A stretch of DNA of 63,857 bases, filler included, from Octopus bimaculoides (taxonomy: Eukaryota): NCBI RefSeq assembly GCF_001194135.2. It is 6 parts of 6 records of this genome, joined end to end, with 100 filler letters (N's around TTAATTAATTAA, not from the genome) between each part and the next. Parts side by side here need not be neighbours in the genome. Positions count along the whole stretch, not along the records: positions 1 to 19,959 come from NC_068999.1; 5 more parts are not named here. One strand, written 5' to 3'. The notes under the pieces are model-generated. The model searched no databases and was not told where the DNA came from. It saw only the letters and a list, made by a program, of their open reading frames with translations. Shown piece by piece: positions 1-12,818 of the stretch. The number at the start of each line of letters is the position of its first letter. The first letter of the stretch is position 1. The translations under genes and the position numbers were made by a program.

Positions 1-189
1 AAGACGGCCGAAAGGGAAATAAGAAATGGTTCACACGTATTTTATTTTGCTTTACTCGTTAATTATTTTACCTAGTTTTAGAACTAAACCATTACCTCTA
101 TTCGTGTTACGTTATAATCAGTTTAAAACTTCAGAACCAGAAAACGTCAATATCACATTTATGAGTGTATATGTGTAAGCACTATTTCC

Positions 190-233
<44 letters not shown>

Positions 234-1169
234 AAATATATTTATATAAATTTACAGACACACACGCACACACGTACGCGCGCGCGCACGCTCGAACACA
301 TATATTTACACATACACGCAGAGACAAATATATTCAATTTATAGTTTAAGATATAATTATACATGAGGCTCGCTCTTAGAAGCAGCTGTAAACCACTAAA
401 CTCTATTGATTCCAGTAAGTTCTTTCATAAAATACTCACACAAATTACTCTGGGAATGTAGCAGATTTTCTTATAAACTAAATGAACAATTAAAATATTC
501 CTGGAGGGTCTCTTTTATGATCATTATAATTATCTTATTGCTGGGTTAGCAGAGTCGATAAAGCGGCCAGCAAAATACATTGCAATACTTAGTTCCCTCC
601 ATTTTTTTTTCTCGGTTCAAATTTCGCCTGAGAATATTTTTCTTTTCCCGCTTCCGGGAATTAATTAGTCGTAAAATATTGGATTGGATTTTAATCACCT
701 GCACCCCCTCCACCCGCAAAATGCGTAACCTTGTTGTTTATGTAGAAGTAAGTCGGAAAATACACACACACACACACACTCAGAGTATTTGCAGCATTTG
801 TCCCGGCTCTTCTCATTCTGAGATCAACTTTGACTTCATTACTTTGGGATTGACATAGTACATACCATCAAGTATTGCTGGCGATAGTATCGATTGTACC
901 TAGTGTATCTAGGATTACATTAACCAATGTATGTTCCACGTTGTTTGTTTCTATTGTTTATAAAGACATATTCCAACAAACCCTATGGCGCAAGGGGTTC
1001 CAGGGGACAGCGATCAACCTGTTCTTTGCAGCTATATTGTACATTGATCAATGCATTGTCCGATTGAATTTGTCAATATCTAAGAGAGATTTTGTTGTTA
1101 TTTCCAGCGGGTTGAGTGACGGGTAGGACCCTCAGTCGAAGAAACACTAAGACTTTTATCTTTTATCTC

Positions 1170-1325
1170 TTAGTTGTTTCATTTATCAGATTTCGGCCAT
1201 GCTAGACCACCGTCTTCAAGAAGATTTAGTCGAATGAATCAATCCCGGTACTCATTTATTTTAACCCTGGTACTTATTCTATCGGTCTCTCTTGTAGAGC
1301 CGCTAAGTTACGGGGATGTGAACGC
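1170..1325 (-). mobile_element. SINE family A (CORE-type, CR1-like tail), 3' part
   Basis: Reverse complement matches the 3' half of the near-complete copy at 11050-11431 (…CTTAGCGG…GACCGATAGAATAAGTACCAGG…AGCATGGCCG…). Confidence 0.8.
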
Positions 1326-1559
1326 CTTTCCCTTGGATAACATCGGTGGCATGGAGAGGTGAGGCTGATATGCATGGGTGACACTGGTCTTCCATAAACA
1401 ACTTTGTTCGGACTTGTGCCTCGGAGGGTAACTTTCTAGGAGCAATCCCATGGTCATCCCTTTTTAGCAATGAGCAGACACAGTCACCACTCAACGCTCA
1501 TCTTTGATCCAGCAAAATATCCATGATGTGACAGCTGGAGTGAGAGAAGAGTGTACACA

Positions 1560-1690
1560 CAAACAACCATCTGGAAGCGTGTCGTAGCGTGAAATAAAGT
1601 ATGGTGCTCAAGGACACTGCCCTGATTAGAATTAGAGATCATGACCTTACGTTAATGGCCTGACAAACCTAATCACTAAGCCGTACGCCT
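1560..1690 (-). mobile_element. tRNA-derived SINE head (CORE-like), degenerate
   Basis: GTGAAATAAAGT…GCTCAAGGACAC…ATCATGACC…AATCACTAAGCC on plus; same pattern as 10615-10740. Confidence 0.5.
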
Positions 1691-1747
1691 CTACTGTATA
1701 GGACTACATTGTCATTAATAGTTTTTGTTGTAGTTGTTTTACGCCTA

Positions 1748-3996
1748 TGTAGTGGTGTAGGTAGCTAAATAGTTGAATGATCTCCCTTGCAAGAAAGGTC
1801 ATAGAGTAACCTCCCTTTTCTAAGTTTCTCGAAGCATCAATGTCATGAGACGTGATTCTTGATTATTCAAGAAGCTTAGCGTTTCTCTTGAAAGTTTCAA
1901 GAATGTCTAGCGTTCCATTAATAAAAACAGCTTGCTAACCTATCTTTTTGCTTCTTAGTCGATTAGATTTAGAGCCATCCACGTCGCTGCTATGTCCGTC
2001 TATTTCTCTAGCTGTTATTCTACATTTTCTATCTCTGAACTTTCTTGCATAGATTACTTCATTCAACTAGCTTCTACAATTTGATTCTATGTAGCATCAT
2101 CGATAAAGGAATAAAATATATTTTTATGTAGTAAATATATAGATCTTGAATTTATTCTTTCATCTTTCTATGAACTCTTGTAATAAATACACACAGCCAC
2201 ATGAACACCTTGTACTGACTATATATTCTACTACATTAATTGGTGACCAACCGTCGGGGACACCGAATTCTAACCTGGAGAATAATCACTAGCCAATTGG
2301 TTGCCACCCGACATATTTAGTTATATTCTACTACTTTCCATATCACAATTTTCTTCAACTGAATTATCTTCAACTCAAACGACGATGATATCTGCTATGA
2401 ATCAACTTGTATTATCAATTTTCACAGGAGACATCGCTGTCTGGTTTGCCCCGTTAGAAGCATTTTTCTCTGTACACAAACAGAATTCAGACCAAGAGTA
2501 GCTCTACATTATACTTAGCTCTATTCCACCATCATTAACTGGAGAATTGCAAGATATTATTACAGCTCTACCGGCAGATGCAACGTATTCGTCAATCAAA
2601 AAGGAAATTTTAAGACGAACCCCGCTCTCTTCTCAGAAGTTTCGAAAATCTTTCAACGACAAGCATTTAAGAGATTGAACATCATCGTAAAAGCTCAGAA
2701 AAATGCGGCAGCTCACGGAGGACAACCCTGCTGAAAGTAAGTTGCTTAAACAGCTCTTTTTCTCCAAATTACCACAGCATGTTCAAGGTATCGTCGCCCA
2801 TTTGACCGACGTTAGCACAATCGTCCAACTTGTAGCGTCGGTAGATAAAATTTTGGAGTATACAAAATCCACTCCAGAACAGAACAGCTCTGTTTTGTCA
2901 GTTGTTACAATTTCCTCTGAATTTAAAGAATTTCGTGAATTTATGCAGAGGACTATAGGATAAGCTAGTCGCAGAAATCCGTCTCTTGCACGTCAATAGT
3001 TCTTCACCTCGTCGCTCTCGTCGTTCTAATTCCCATTCTCCTAGCAGATCATAACCTTTTTGCTGGTATCATTATAAGTTTGGTTCTGTAGCAAAGAAAT
3101 GTATTTCACCTTGTACATTTAAAACTCAGGAAAACTAAAAATCCGAACTCCGAACGTGACCGCAATTCTTGGCACATTTTCTCCTAATCGTGCATTTTTC
3201 ATACTAGATTTCGAGTCAAAAAAAGGGATTTCTAGTCGATTCCAGAGCGTCCTGCATTATCTGGACGTCTAAATTTGTTAAAGAAAATCTTCGTTTCTGA
3301 CGTATCTCTTCAAGTAGTCAACAACTCTCCTATTAAAACTTCCGGTGAGATTTCACCCACACTGGAACCGAATTTCAGACGAAGTTTTCTTGGGTTTTCA
3401 TAATTGCTGACTTTCATCACTCAATTTTGGGAGCTGATTTTCTCCGTTATTTTTCACTATTAGTCGATGTCAAAAGAAAGAGACTTATTGATAGTAGTAC
3501 ACAGTTATGCGCTTTATGAAGACTTTTCAATTCCACTTCAATTCCACTTCTGCGGTTAAATCAGACAAATATCAAGCCTTGCTTCAATCCTATCCTGAGT
3601 TAACAAATTTAACTTTTTATATCAATGCTTCAACTCATACAGCTATTCATCACATAACCACCAATGGATCTCCCGTTTACTCGCATCCTAGACCTTTAAC
3701 ACCTGAAAGCTCAAAGCTGCTAAATCATAGTTCAGCAACATGCTCCAGCTTGAAATAATTCGCCCTTTAAAGAGCAGCTAGTCATCGATACTCCTTTTAG
3801 TGAAAAATAAATCTGGTGATTTTAGACCTACTGGTGGTTACAGATGACTCAACGTTATTACCACTCCAGTTAGGCATCCTATCTGGAGTTTTGCATCTTC
3901 TCTCTGCATGGCTGCACTATTTTCTGAAAAATAGATTTGATACGAGCATGCCATCAGATTCCTGTAAAACCAAATGATATTCCGAAAATGGCTCTA
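1748..3996 (+). mobile_element. Gypsy LTR retrotransposon relic (CsRn1-like): 5' LTR, PBS, gag, protease, N-terminal RT; many stops and frameshifts
   Basis: Gag: DIAVWFAPLEAFF…KKEILRRT…MRQLTEDN…LLKQLFFSKLP. CHCC motif CWYHYKFGSVAKKCISPC (about 3061-3114). Protease-like FLVDS…ILGADFLRYFSLLVDVKRKRL. RT start HHITTNGSPV…GDFRPTGGY…KIDLIRACHQIPVKPNDIPK. LTR 3' end CTACA at 2231-2235; the 5' boundary is uncertain (TGTAG at 1748, 1756, 2090, 2127). Confidence 0.9.
2241..2248 (+). other. Primer-binding site complementary to tRNA-Trp 3' end
   Basis: TGGTGACC 5 nt after the LTR terminus CTACA and upstream of gag. Confidence 0.7.
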
Positions 3997-4699
3997 TATT
4001 CCACTACACCTACTTAGACCTGACGCAACAGGTCTTTGATCAAGCAGAATAGCCACGTGCTCTAGCTGTGGCCATCTTGTTTGTTCTTCTTAAAATATTT
4101 TAGCTAGAACTGCATTATCTAATGTGTATTTCTACTTTTAAGACAGCAAATTATGAACTGAAATATGAGAGAGAGATTAAGCTGCTGATTATGACAGGTC
4201 AGGAAAGCACGTAGAGACACCATCTCTAGTTGGTAGGTTATTTGTATCAATGGCTGCCCTAAATAACGACAACCACAGTAGCATGTACGACTAACGAGTG
4301 TTCCATTGGCTTACAATGCTCAGTTTAATCTGCATCGTGTACTAGATAGAGTGCCGTGTCGTCTTGGTCAAGGCTATAGATCCAGCTTATATCGTAGCTG
4401 TAGCCAGACTTTCAGGCGTTTACGTTTTTTAGAAGTAACCAAACTTGCGTCTCAATCTTTGGTAATAAGTATTTACATTCTAAGTTCGATTTCTTCTTGG
4501 TCAAAAAGATGGAGAAAAAAAAACACTAAATTACCTGCAACAAAGAAATTATAATCGACTGTAACTCTGCAAGAAATTTCTAATAACGAAAACAATGCAA
4601 ATGTTCAATATTTCGTGATCATTCGTTTCTCTACAGAGATTGACAACTGTTTCTGGATTGATATCTTTTATCGTTTAGCGGTCATATTGTAGCACCGCT

Positions 4700-5150
4700 T
4701 TTTAGTGTGTTTGAGTTGGGCGAATTCATCCAGCTATTCGCCTGCATAATATTGCCATGGAATATTGCACCACTACTCATGTGGATTCTCAGACCATACA
4801 CCGACTCTAATTCTTATATTTCACTACACCCTGGTCTTCTGTATTCCAACTGTTGTTAGTTTATGCGCCGATAGTGGAGTACTTAAAACTCCTTAGCATT
4901 GAACCGCTTTTTATTTTCATTAACCCTTTTGTATACTGCATGCAGATTGTTTTGCAGATTTAGTATGTCATCAGGGTCTATCAGGATACCTAGCTTAATT
5001 GAAAACTTTCAGTGACAAAAGTTGCATAAGGTGAATCCAGCCAGGAATTAATAGCCATCAGTAGAACTTGAACTCATGATGAGTTTTTTTTTATAAACAG
5101 CTCCTTCAATAGTACCATTGCATAAACAACATATCCCGTCAAGAGAACCA
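4700..5150 (-). mobile_element. Highly decayed CR1-type LINE reverse transcriptase fragment
   Basis: Minus-strand translation …IDPDDILNLQNNLHAVYKRVNENKKRFNAKEF*VLHY…IHMSSGAIFHGNI resembles the CR1 RT region after the FADD motif. Confidence 0.45.
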
Positions 5151-6169
5151 TTATCCATTTTGAGGCATAGCACATCCACAATCGTCGTAATCCAATCCTC
5201 ATTTATGAGATTGATGAGCAATAGAAATATTTCCAAATCCAGCGTTGTGTTCGATAATGACTAAGAGAAATATATCTACGCTGGCATATACGAAAACGTT
5301 AAGTGTATGTTTCTGTTTGTGTATATATATGTGTGTGTGTGTTTGTGTGTGTATGTGCAAATATACCTCTCTATAGAGAGAGGTATATACATACATACAT
5401 TCATATATATATATATATATATATATTAGTATGCATTTGTTGTCTGTGGGCTTGTGTGAATGAGTATGTGCATCTAGATATCAGCTTATAGTTAATAAGT
5501 GTGTATTGGGGGGGGGGTGCGCACGCGTGTATTTACTTGATTCAGTCATTCGACTGCAGCCATGCTGGAGCACTGCCTTAATGTACATTACAAAAAGTAT
5601 TTATATATAAATGTAGAAATGTAGAAATATATAAATGTAAATGTGTAAGTCTATGTATAGTTATATACATTTATGCATATATACGTACATATACATTATA
5701 TGTATATTCATATAATGTATATATAAATTTATATATATATACATATAGACGCACATAAGATGTATAAATAATATGCATATACATACATATGTATATATAT
5801 ATAACATATATAGTATGTATACATATAATACAAGCGCGCTCGCACACACATATATACATACATACATACATGTGTATGTGTATATATATATATATTCCTG
5901 AAACCACTTTCTTGATGTATTGGATGTCAAAGAGCACCAAAATAACTCTCGTGAATATTTGATATAACTTGCAACTAATTACTTTTTGTGGATACTAAAA
6001 AAAAATATTAATATGGATGTCGATGTTGTTGATAACAAATAGGGATGGTAGGGGAGGAGATGGCTGGTGGTGATGGCGGTGGTAAGATAACAGCTGGAGA
6101 AGAAATTGGTGTAGTATCTTCCCACACAACAGAATATGTATGTAAGAATTAATGTAAACATATAATGCG

Positions 6170-6204
<35 letters not shown>

Positions 6205-7730
6205 GATGGATACTCTCGTGGTCTTCGACGTATGAGTCCAAGGAATTTTACTTTCTGTTTCTTTACAGCACATGTATGAGACTTCAATGAGACGCTAGAT
6301 CTGCTTTATTTTTGCAAACCCGAACGCATCCTTCATACACGGAACATTGAAACGAAACTGTATTCTTTTGGATTAAATAGGTGCTCAGTCCTTGTCACAT
6401 TTTCCTTCACCTACTACAGTCAGCAGTACATTCCTAAAATTCTAATTCTTTTATCATTCTTCAGATTATCCTTCGAGCTAAGAAGAGGTCTTCCTACATT
6501 TCGCACTTCAACCATAAGTGAGAATTCTGAGCCGTCTTTCATCTTCCTCCTAGTAACATGGCCAGCCCATATTAATTGACAGCATGAAGATGGCCTCTAC
6601 GCTTTGTACGCTACATTTATGAAGTAACTGTTCATTAGAGATTTTGTCCTTCTCTGTGAAACCACAGTATACCTTGTCTATGGTTCGTATCCAGGCCCTA
6701 AAGTCACACTGGGATTCAAGATAAACATGATCTACCAGGTGAGTAATTATTCTTCTAAGAACAACTCAAGCAAAGGTTTTGTCACAGAAAGCAGTGATAT
6801 ACCTCGATGATTGTCACACGATTACTTTTACTCCTTTATATTTAAATAAATGGGTAACACATGAGTCTTTAGATTCCAGAAGAACCTGGCGATTCTTCCA
6901 AATCAAAACAAACAAATCCAAACGCTTATTCACAAGGACATTAACTTCATATCTGTAAACCTCAGCTGTTTCAGCAGCATCACCGGGCGATTTACCTGAT
7001 ACCATTTGTTTTATAGCTCTTTTAACTTCGGCGTATATCAAGTCAAAGTCCTATTCACGGATTTCCGACCTTATAGGAATTGAGTAAATAACATCATAAT
7101 CCAAAACAGATTCAGAATTCAAATGAAGTGATCTTTCCATCGGTGAAGAATATAACTTTTCTGTGTTAATAAAGAAGATCTATTTGATGATAGTATCAGT
7201 GAGGACTCGCGTTGATGCGGGCCATAAACCTGTTTTATGTCCTCATAGAAGGCTTTTATAGCTTTCCTATCGGAAACTTTTTGATGAGCGCCACTCGACT
7301 TTCATCTTCCTCAAGGTCTATTGAACAATTTATTTACACCTCAAATATAACTTCTTTTTTCACTAAAGATTTTTTGTCGGTAATTTATACTTCATGGGAG
7401 GAGCTCATTTTTTTTCTCTATTAGTGATAGTATATTTGTACTGTTTTTATTGAACCGATCGTTATCCTCACACTTTTGCAGGCCAAGAGCTTCAAGTGAA
7501 GTAGAATATGCTTACTTCCTTGAAATTATTACACGATCCTTCAATATTTTCCGAAATTTCAACTCGTTCAAACTGCACGTCGAATAATTATGACAACTTT
7601 GCTTTTCTTCCAGCATCAAGTGACCAAACATTTATTAGTTTAAAAAAATTTGCATTGTCTTTTGTGCGTTACCTGAAGTTAAAATTGCACCTTAAAACGC
7701 AACAGAGTGTGGTCAGATAATCAACATGTG
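6205..7730 (-). mobile_element. RTE (BovB-like) LINE, 5'-truncated and internally deleted
   Basis: EAFYEDIKQVYGP…LHRWKDHF; EVKRAIKQMVSGKSPG…CDNHRGISLLS; ESQCDFR…; C-terminal EGCVRVCKIKADLASH; (CA)n tail at about 6165-6205. Confidence 0.85.
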
Positions 7731-8044
7731 CTATGGAAGGTGCGAATACGACGAATGCTACGTTGATGAGAAGGATGTGTGGAGTTCCTTGGTTGTTCCT
7801 GGGTGAAATTCCCTACTTTTGAGGATTTTTATTGTTGAACTTTTGTTGTTTTATACACGAAATTTTGTGCTAAGCCCCAGATGTCTTTGTGTTGTATGAT
7901 CCCTTTTTCTTTTGTGTTTGGCCCTTTTGGCCAATGAAAAAAGGATTATTATCATTATTATTATTATTAGTAGTAGTAGTAGTAGTAGTTGCATGCGTAG
8001 CTGCATGCGTAGGAGGTTTGCTGCCTGCTGCCTACGGTAACAAG

Positions 8045-9060
8045 CTATCTGTTCTTTTCAAATATCTAATACTTTCCTGATTATTCTGGCCGTGCCAAGG
8101 AGGCAAACCTTTTGTAATTTCTACTGGGTACTCTATTCCGATTTCCTTTATATTCCTCTTGATGACTTCTGACGCTGTCCCCAAGAACTCAACAATAATT
8201 GGTACTATCTTCACCTTTTTCATTGTCCATAGCCGGGCTATCCCGTACTTAAGAGGATTGTATTTATCTAGTTTTTCACCTTCCTTCTTAACTATTCGTA
8301 GCTCAAAAGGGGACGCAGCATCAACTATATAGTATATGTAGTGCATCTTATTTCTTTATTGCCCACAAGGGGCTAAACATAGAGGAGACAAACAAGGACA
8401 GACAAAGTGATTAAGTCGATTACATCGACCCCAGTGCGTAACTGGTACTTAATTTATCGACCCCGAAAGGATGAAAGGCAAAGTCGACCCCGGCGGAATT
8501 TGAACTCAGAACGGAAAGACAGACGAAATACCGCTAAGCATTTCACCCGGCACGCTAACGTTTCTGCCATCTTGTCGACCACCACTAGGTTCGGTCTTTT
8601 ATGCTCTAACATCTGATCTATTTCGATTGGGGAATCCCACAGGATTTTGCAGGTCTCCGGCTCCGCCACTCTCTGCGTTTTGTGCTCATACTACGTCTTG
8701 CCTCTCTTTAGACCCCACTTTTGACAGTTTCTAATGTCACACTTTCGATACCTCATCGTGTCGCCGTAACTTATAATGATTTTGGGCAAGTCTAGGACAT
8801 TCGTCCGCAATATGGACAATGGTTACCTCAACTCTATTACAGACGCGGCACACCGGAGACACTTGTTCATTCCTAAGGTTGATCCTCCAATTTGTGACCA
8901 AAGCTTAGACTTGTACTGCCAGTATAGTCCTTACAGTCTTGTTTTTTATTTTTTTTTTTTTTTTGGCATCGTTAGAAGCTTTCTTGGATTCTTGTCCAAC
9001 TCCTTTAGCTCTTCCTCTGTCCACTTCAGAATTTCAGCGTCATACTGAACTACTGCGACT
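8045..9060 (-). mobile_element. R4/Dong-type non-LTR retrotransposon 3' end (restriction-like endonuclease), interrupted by a SINE
   Basis: CQKWGLKRGKT*YEHK…KILWDSPIEIDQMLEHKRPNLVVVDK | …DAASPFELRIVKKEGEKLDKYNPLKYGIARLW…VPIIVEFLGT; (ACT)n(AAT)n tail at about 7945-7990. Confidence 0.85.
8350..8567 (-). mobile_element. SINE family B (tRNA head plus CTTTCATCCTTTCGGGGTCGATAAA central domain)
   Basis: Near-identical to the first monomer at 49377-49610; flanked by the direct repeat CATCTT (8344-8349, 8568-8573). Confidence 0.9.
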
Positions 9061-9109
9061 GCGCGTGAGGTTATAACCAAAATTATGTTTCTGGAATTCA
9101 GCTTTGAAG

Positions 9110-9214
9110 CCAATATTTATTGTTATTATTATCATTATTATCATTATTATTATTATTATTTTTGTTATCAATATCATTATTATTATTATTATCATCATTA
9201 TCATTATTATCATC

Positions 9215-9290
<76 letters not shown>
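9110..9290. repeat. (TAT)n/(CAT)n microsatellite
   Basis: Direct reading. Confidence 0.95.
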
Positions 9291-10420
9291 TTGCATACAG
9301 CTATTGTTATACGATTCCCTACTGTGTTTATTTCGATTGACATGTGCAGATAATGCCTTTCAGACATTCCTTATTAAAACTGTATGATCTTACACCTGAC
9401 ATTTCCCCGGTACCTTTGCAAATACTTACCTTTGTATTCTCTCACTTATTCCAATTGCAATTACAGACGCGGTTAAGATGAAAGATTAAAACAATACCAT
9501 TGTGATTTGATCTCCGAAGCCAGAGACACTAAAGAAAATGTATATAAATGTTCTGTTTTGGTTACCTCGACGACCGATGGGAGTCAGATTAAATATTGAT
9601 TGAAACACGTGAGCACGCACACACACACATACGCGTGTGTGCATTTGACTTAGCCTTTGTGTTTAAATGTGATGTGAGTGTGTGCATGGATGTGTGTTTG
9701 TGTGTGTATGTTACCAATAGACAATGCAAAGACAAAGAATTCTTTCACTTCTGGATATGTATATACATATATATATATATANNNNNNNNNNNNNNNNNNN
9801 NNNNNNNNNNNNNNNNNNNNNNNNNNNNNNNNNNNNNNNNNNNNNNNNNNNNNNNNNNNNNNNNNNNNNNNNNNNNNNNNNNNNNNNNNNNNNNNNNNNN
9901 NNNNNNNNNNNNNNNNNNNNNNNNNNNNNNNNNNNNNNNNNNNNNNNNNNNNNNNNNNNNNNNNNNNNNNNNNNNNNNNNNNNNNNNNNNNNNNNNNNNN
10001 NNNNNNNNNNNNNNNNNNNNNNNNNNNNNNNNNNNNNNNNNNNNNNNNNNNNNNNNNNNNNNNNNNNNNNNNNNNNNNNNNNNNNNNNNNNNNNNNNNNN
10101 NNNNNNNNNNNNNNNNNNNNNNNNNNNNNNNNNNNNNNNNNNNNNNNNNNNNNNNNNNNNNNNNNNNNNNNNNNNNNNNNNNNNNNNNNNNNNNNNNNNN
10201 NNNNNNNNNNNNNNNNNNNNNNNNNNNNNNNNNNNNNNNNNNNNNNNNNNNNNNNNNNNNNNNNNNNNNNNNNNNNNNNNNNNNNNNNNNNNNNNNNNNN
10301 NNNNNNNNNNNNNNNNNNNNNNNNNNNNNNNNNNNNNNNNACTCCCGTAAAATATATCTGAATGTTCTTCCTATATAATATTATCACCTGCACTTTTTTC
10401 TTCACGCAAACACACACACA

Positions 10421-10475
<55 letters not shown>

Positions 10476-10614
10476 ATATCGTGGTGGCATCCAAACTATC
10501 GGATGTTTTACATCGCTGGGCACAATGCGCTTCGCTTTGTTTTAGCTTTCGTTATCCCCACCCCTACTTATCCCTGATCGAAAAAGTATTTCATCACACT
10601 TTTACCGATTTACA

Positions 10615-10740
10615 ACTGGACTGGAATAACGTGAAATGAAGTTTCTCGAGAGTAAAAAGCGTCACCCGGTCCAAGAATTGAACCTATGATCTGGCAATCT
10701 CGAATGTAATATCCAAACCACTAGGACACGCACCTTCATA
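10615..10740 (-). mobile_element. tRNA-derived SINE head, degenerate
   Basis: GTGAAATGAAGT…GAATTGAACCTATGATC…AACCACTAGG…CACCTTCA (B-box and A-box read on minus). Confidence 0.5.
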
Positions 10741-11049
10741 TAATACGTATCTATGTAGGTATATTTATAAATCTGAGTATATTTAGAATCAGAGAACTTA
10801 AATCAAATACTGCATAATCCAACTCCATTCTATGAAGCCGGGTTAATATTGTTCAATAATCTGAGGGGCGTTGAAACTGGCAGTCGTAATATAATCCATG
10901 GTTAATCATTTTTATTCAAAATTACATATGCATATATCTGCGTGTGTATATGACGCAGGTTTGAGCCTCTATGTATGTATGTGTGTGTGCGTGTACATAT
11001 ATCAGTAGAATTGCAATAACAAAATATCCAGAAATATATACATTTCCAT

Positions 11050-11431
11050 GGAGTGGCTGTGTGGTAAGAAGCTTGCTTCCTAGCCAGATGGTTCCGGGTT
11101 CAATCCCACTACTATAGCCTCGGGCCTTACAAGTGGATCTGGTAGACGGAAACTGAAAGAAGCCCGTCGTGTATCCATATATATATATGTGTGTGTGTGT
11201 ATGCGTGTGCGTGTGTGTATGTATTTGGGTGTCTGTATTTCCCCACCCCATCACTTGACAAACGATGCTGGTGTGTTTATGTTCCTGTAACTCAGTGTTT
11301 CGGCAAAAGGAACAGATAGAATAGGTGCTAGGCTTACAAAGAAGAAGTCCTGGGGTGAATCTGTTCGACTAAAGGTGGTACTCCAGCATGGCCGCAGTCA
11401 AATGACTAAAAGGAGTAAAAGAGTAAAAGAA
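11050..11431 (+). mobile_element. SINE family A, near full length with internal (TA/TG)n microsatellite
   Basis: A-box TGGCTGTGTGG, B-box GGTTCAATCCC, body GGTAGACGGAAACTGAAAGAAGCCCGTCG, microsatellite, tail GGTGGTACTCCAGCATGGCCGCAGTCAAATGACT and (GAGTAAAA)n. Confidence 0.9.
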
Positions 11432-11936
11432 TATATATATATATATATANNNNNNNNNNNNNNNNNNNNNNNNNNNNNNNNNNNNNNNNNNNNNNNNNNN
11501 NNNNNNNNNNNNNNNNNNNNNNNNNNNNNNNNNNNNNNNNNNNNNNNNNNNNNNNNNNNNNNNNNNNNNNNNNNNNNNNNNNNNNNNNNNNNNNNNNNNN
11601 NNNNNNNNNNNNNNNNNNNNNNNNNNNNNNNNNNNNNNNNNNNNNNNNNNNNNNNNNNNNNNNNNNNNNNNNNNNNNNNNNNNNNNNNNNNNNNNNNNNN
11701 NNNNNNNNNNNNNNNNNNNNNNNNNNNNNNNNNNNNNNNNNNNNNNNNNNNNNNNNNNNNNNNNNNNNNNNNNNNNNNNNNNNNNNNNNNNNNNNNNNNN
11801 NNNNNNNNNNNNNNNNNNNNNNNNNNNNNNNNNNNNNNNNNNNNNNNNNNNNNNNNNNNNNNNNNNNNNNNNNNNNNNNNNNNNNNNNNNNNNNNNNNNN
11901 NNTATATATATATATATATATATTTATATATGTATG

Positions 11937-11969
<33 letters not shown>

Positions 11970-11976
11970 CTATTTA

Positions 11977-12008
<32 letters not shown>

Positions 12009-12103
12009 CATACACATATATATGTATGTGTGTATATGTATATATGTGTTTGTGTATATATATATATATACAAATATATATATATACATGTATATATGTA
12101 TGC

Positions 12104-12163
<60 letters not shown>

Positions 12164-12785
12164 ATTCATATGTATATATATATATGTATATATACATGTG
12201 TGTGTATATATGTGTGTGTGTGTTTGTGGATGTATATGTATATAACAGTACCATACTAAGATTTTCAGAATTTTCTTTTTTCTTACGATTCACTTTCTAT
12301 GGCTTTTGTTCTCGTTATTTCTCTATTCCTTTCTTTTGTCGTTTACAATTTTTTCTCTTTTTTTCCTCTATTTTTTTTTCTCTTTGATTATCTTTTGTCT
12401 TCTGGTATTTTGACTGCAGCAAAGTAATACGTGTTACTTATAGAAGCATTTTTTGGTCATAGTTTTCCTCTTAATTTTTATTATTATTGTTATTTTAGTA
12501 TTTTCCTTCTTTTTTGTAGACTATGGAAATTTATGAGTTCTTTTAAGTTTCTGGTATATACTTTATTTGAGGAGATGCCTGTGTGAGGAAGAAAGGTATG
12601 TATTTTATTTTACTTTTGTTTTTATTTTACGTTGACGTCTCCCACAGATAATCACGATTATTTAGGAGCTCAGGTGAACATTAAGTGACTTATACATACG
12701 TTACAGACATGCATGCAGTCATCGATTCATACATACTAATATATGTATGTATTAGTGCTTGTATATGAATGATACACACACACAC

Positions 12786-12818
<33 letters not shown>

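Noticed and set aside
5200-5240. TTGATGAGCAATAGAAATAT hammerhead-like string
   Set aside because: C3 is missing, there is no stem II and only two stem-I pairs; at most a heavily decayed relic.
11050-11110. tRNA-like A/B boxes
   Set aside because: These are SINE heads without a complete cloverleaf; not tRNA genes.
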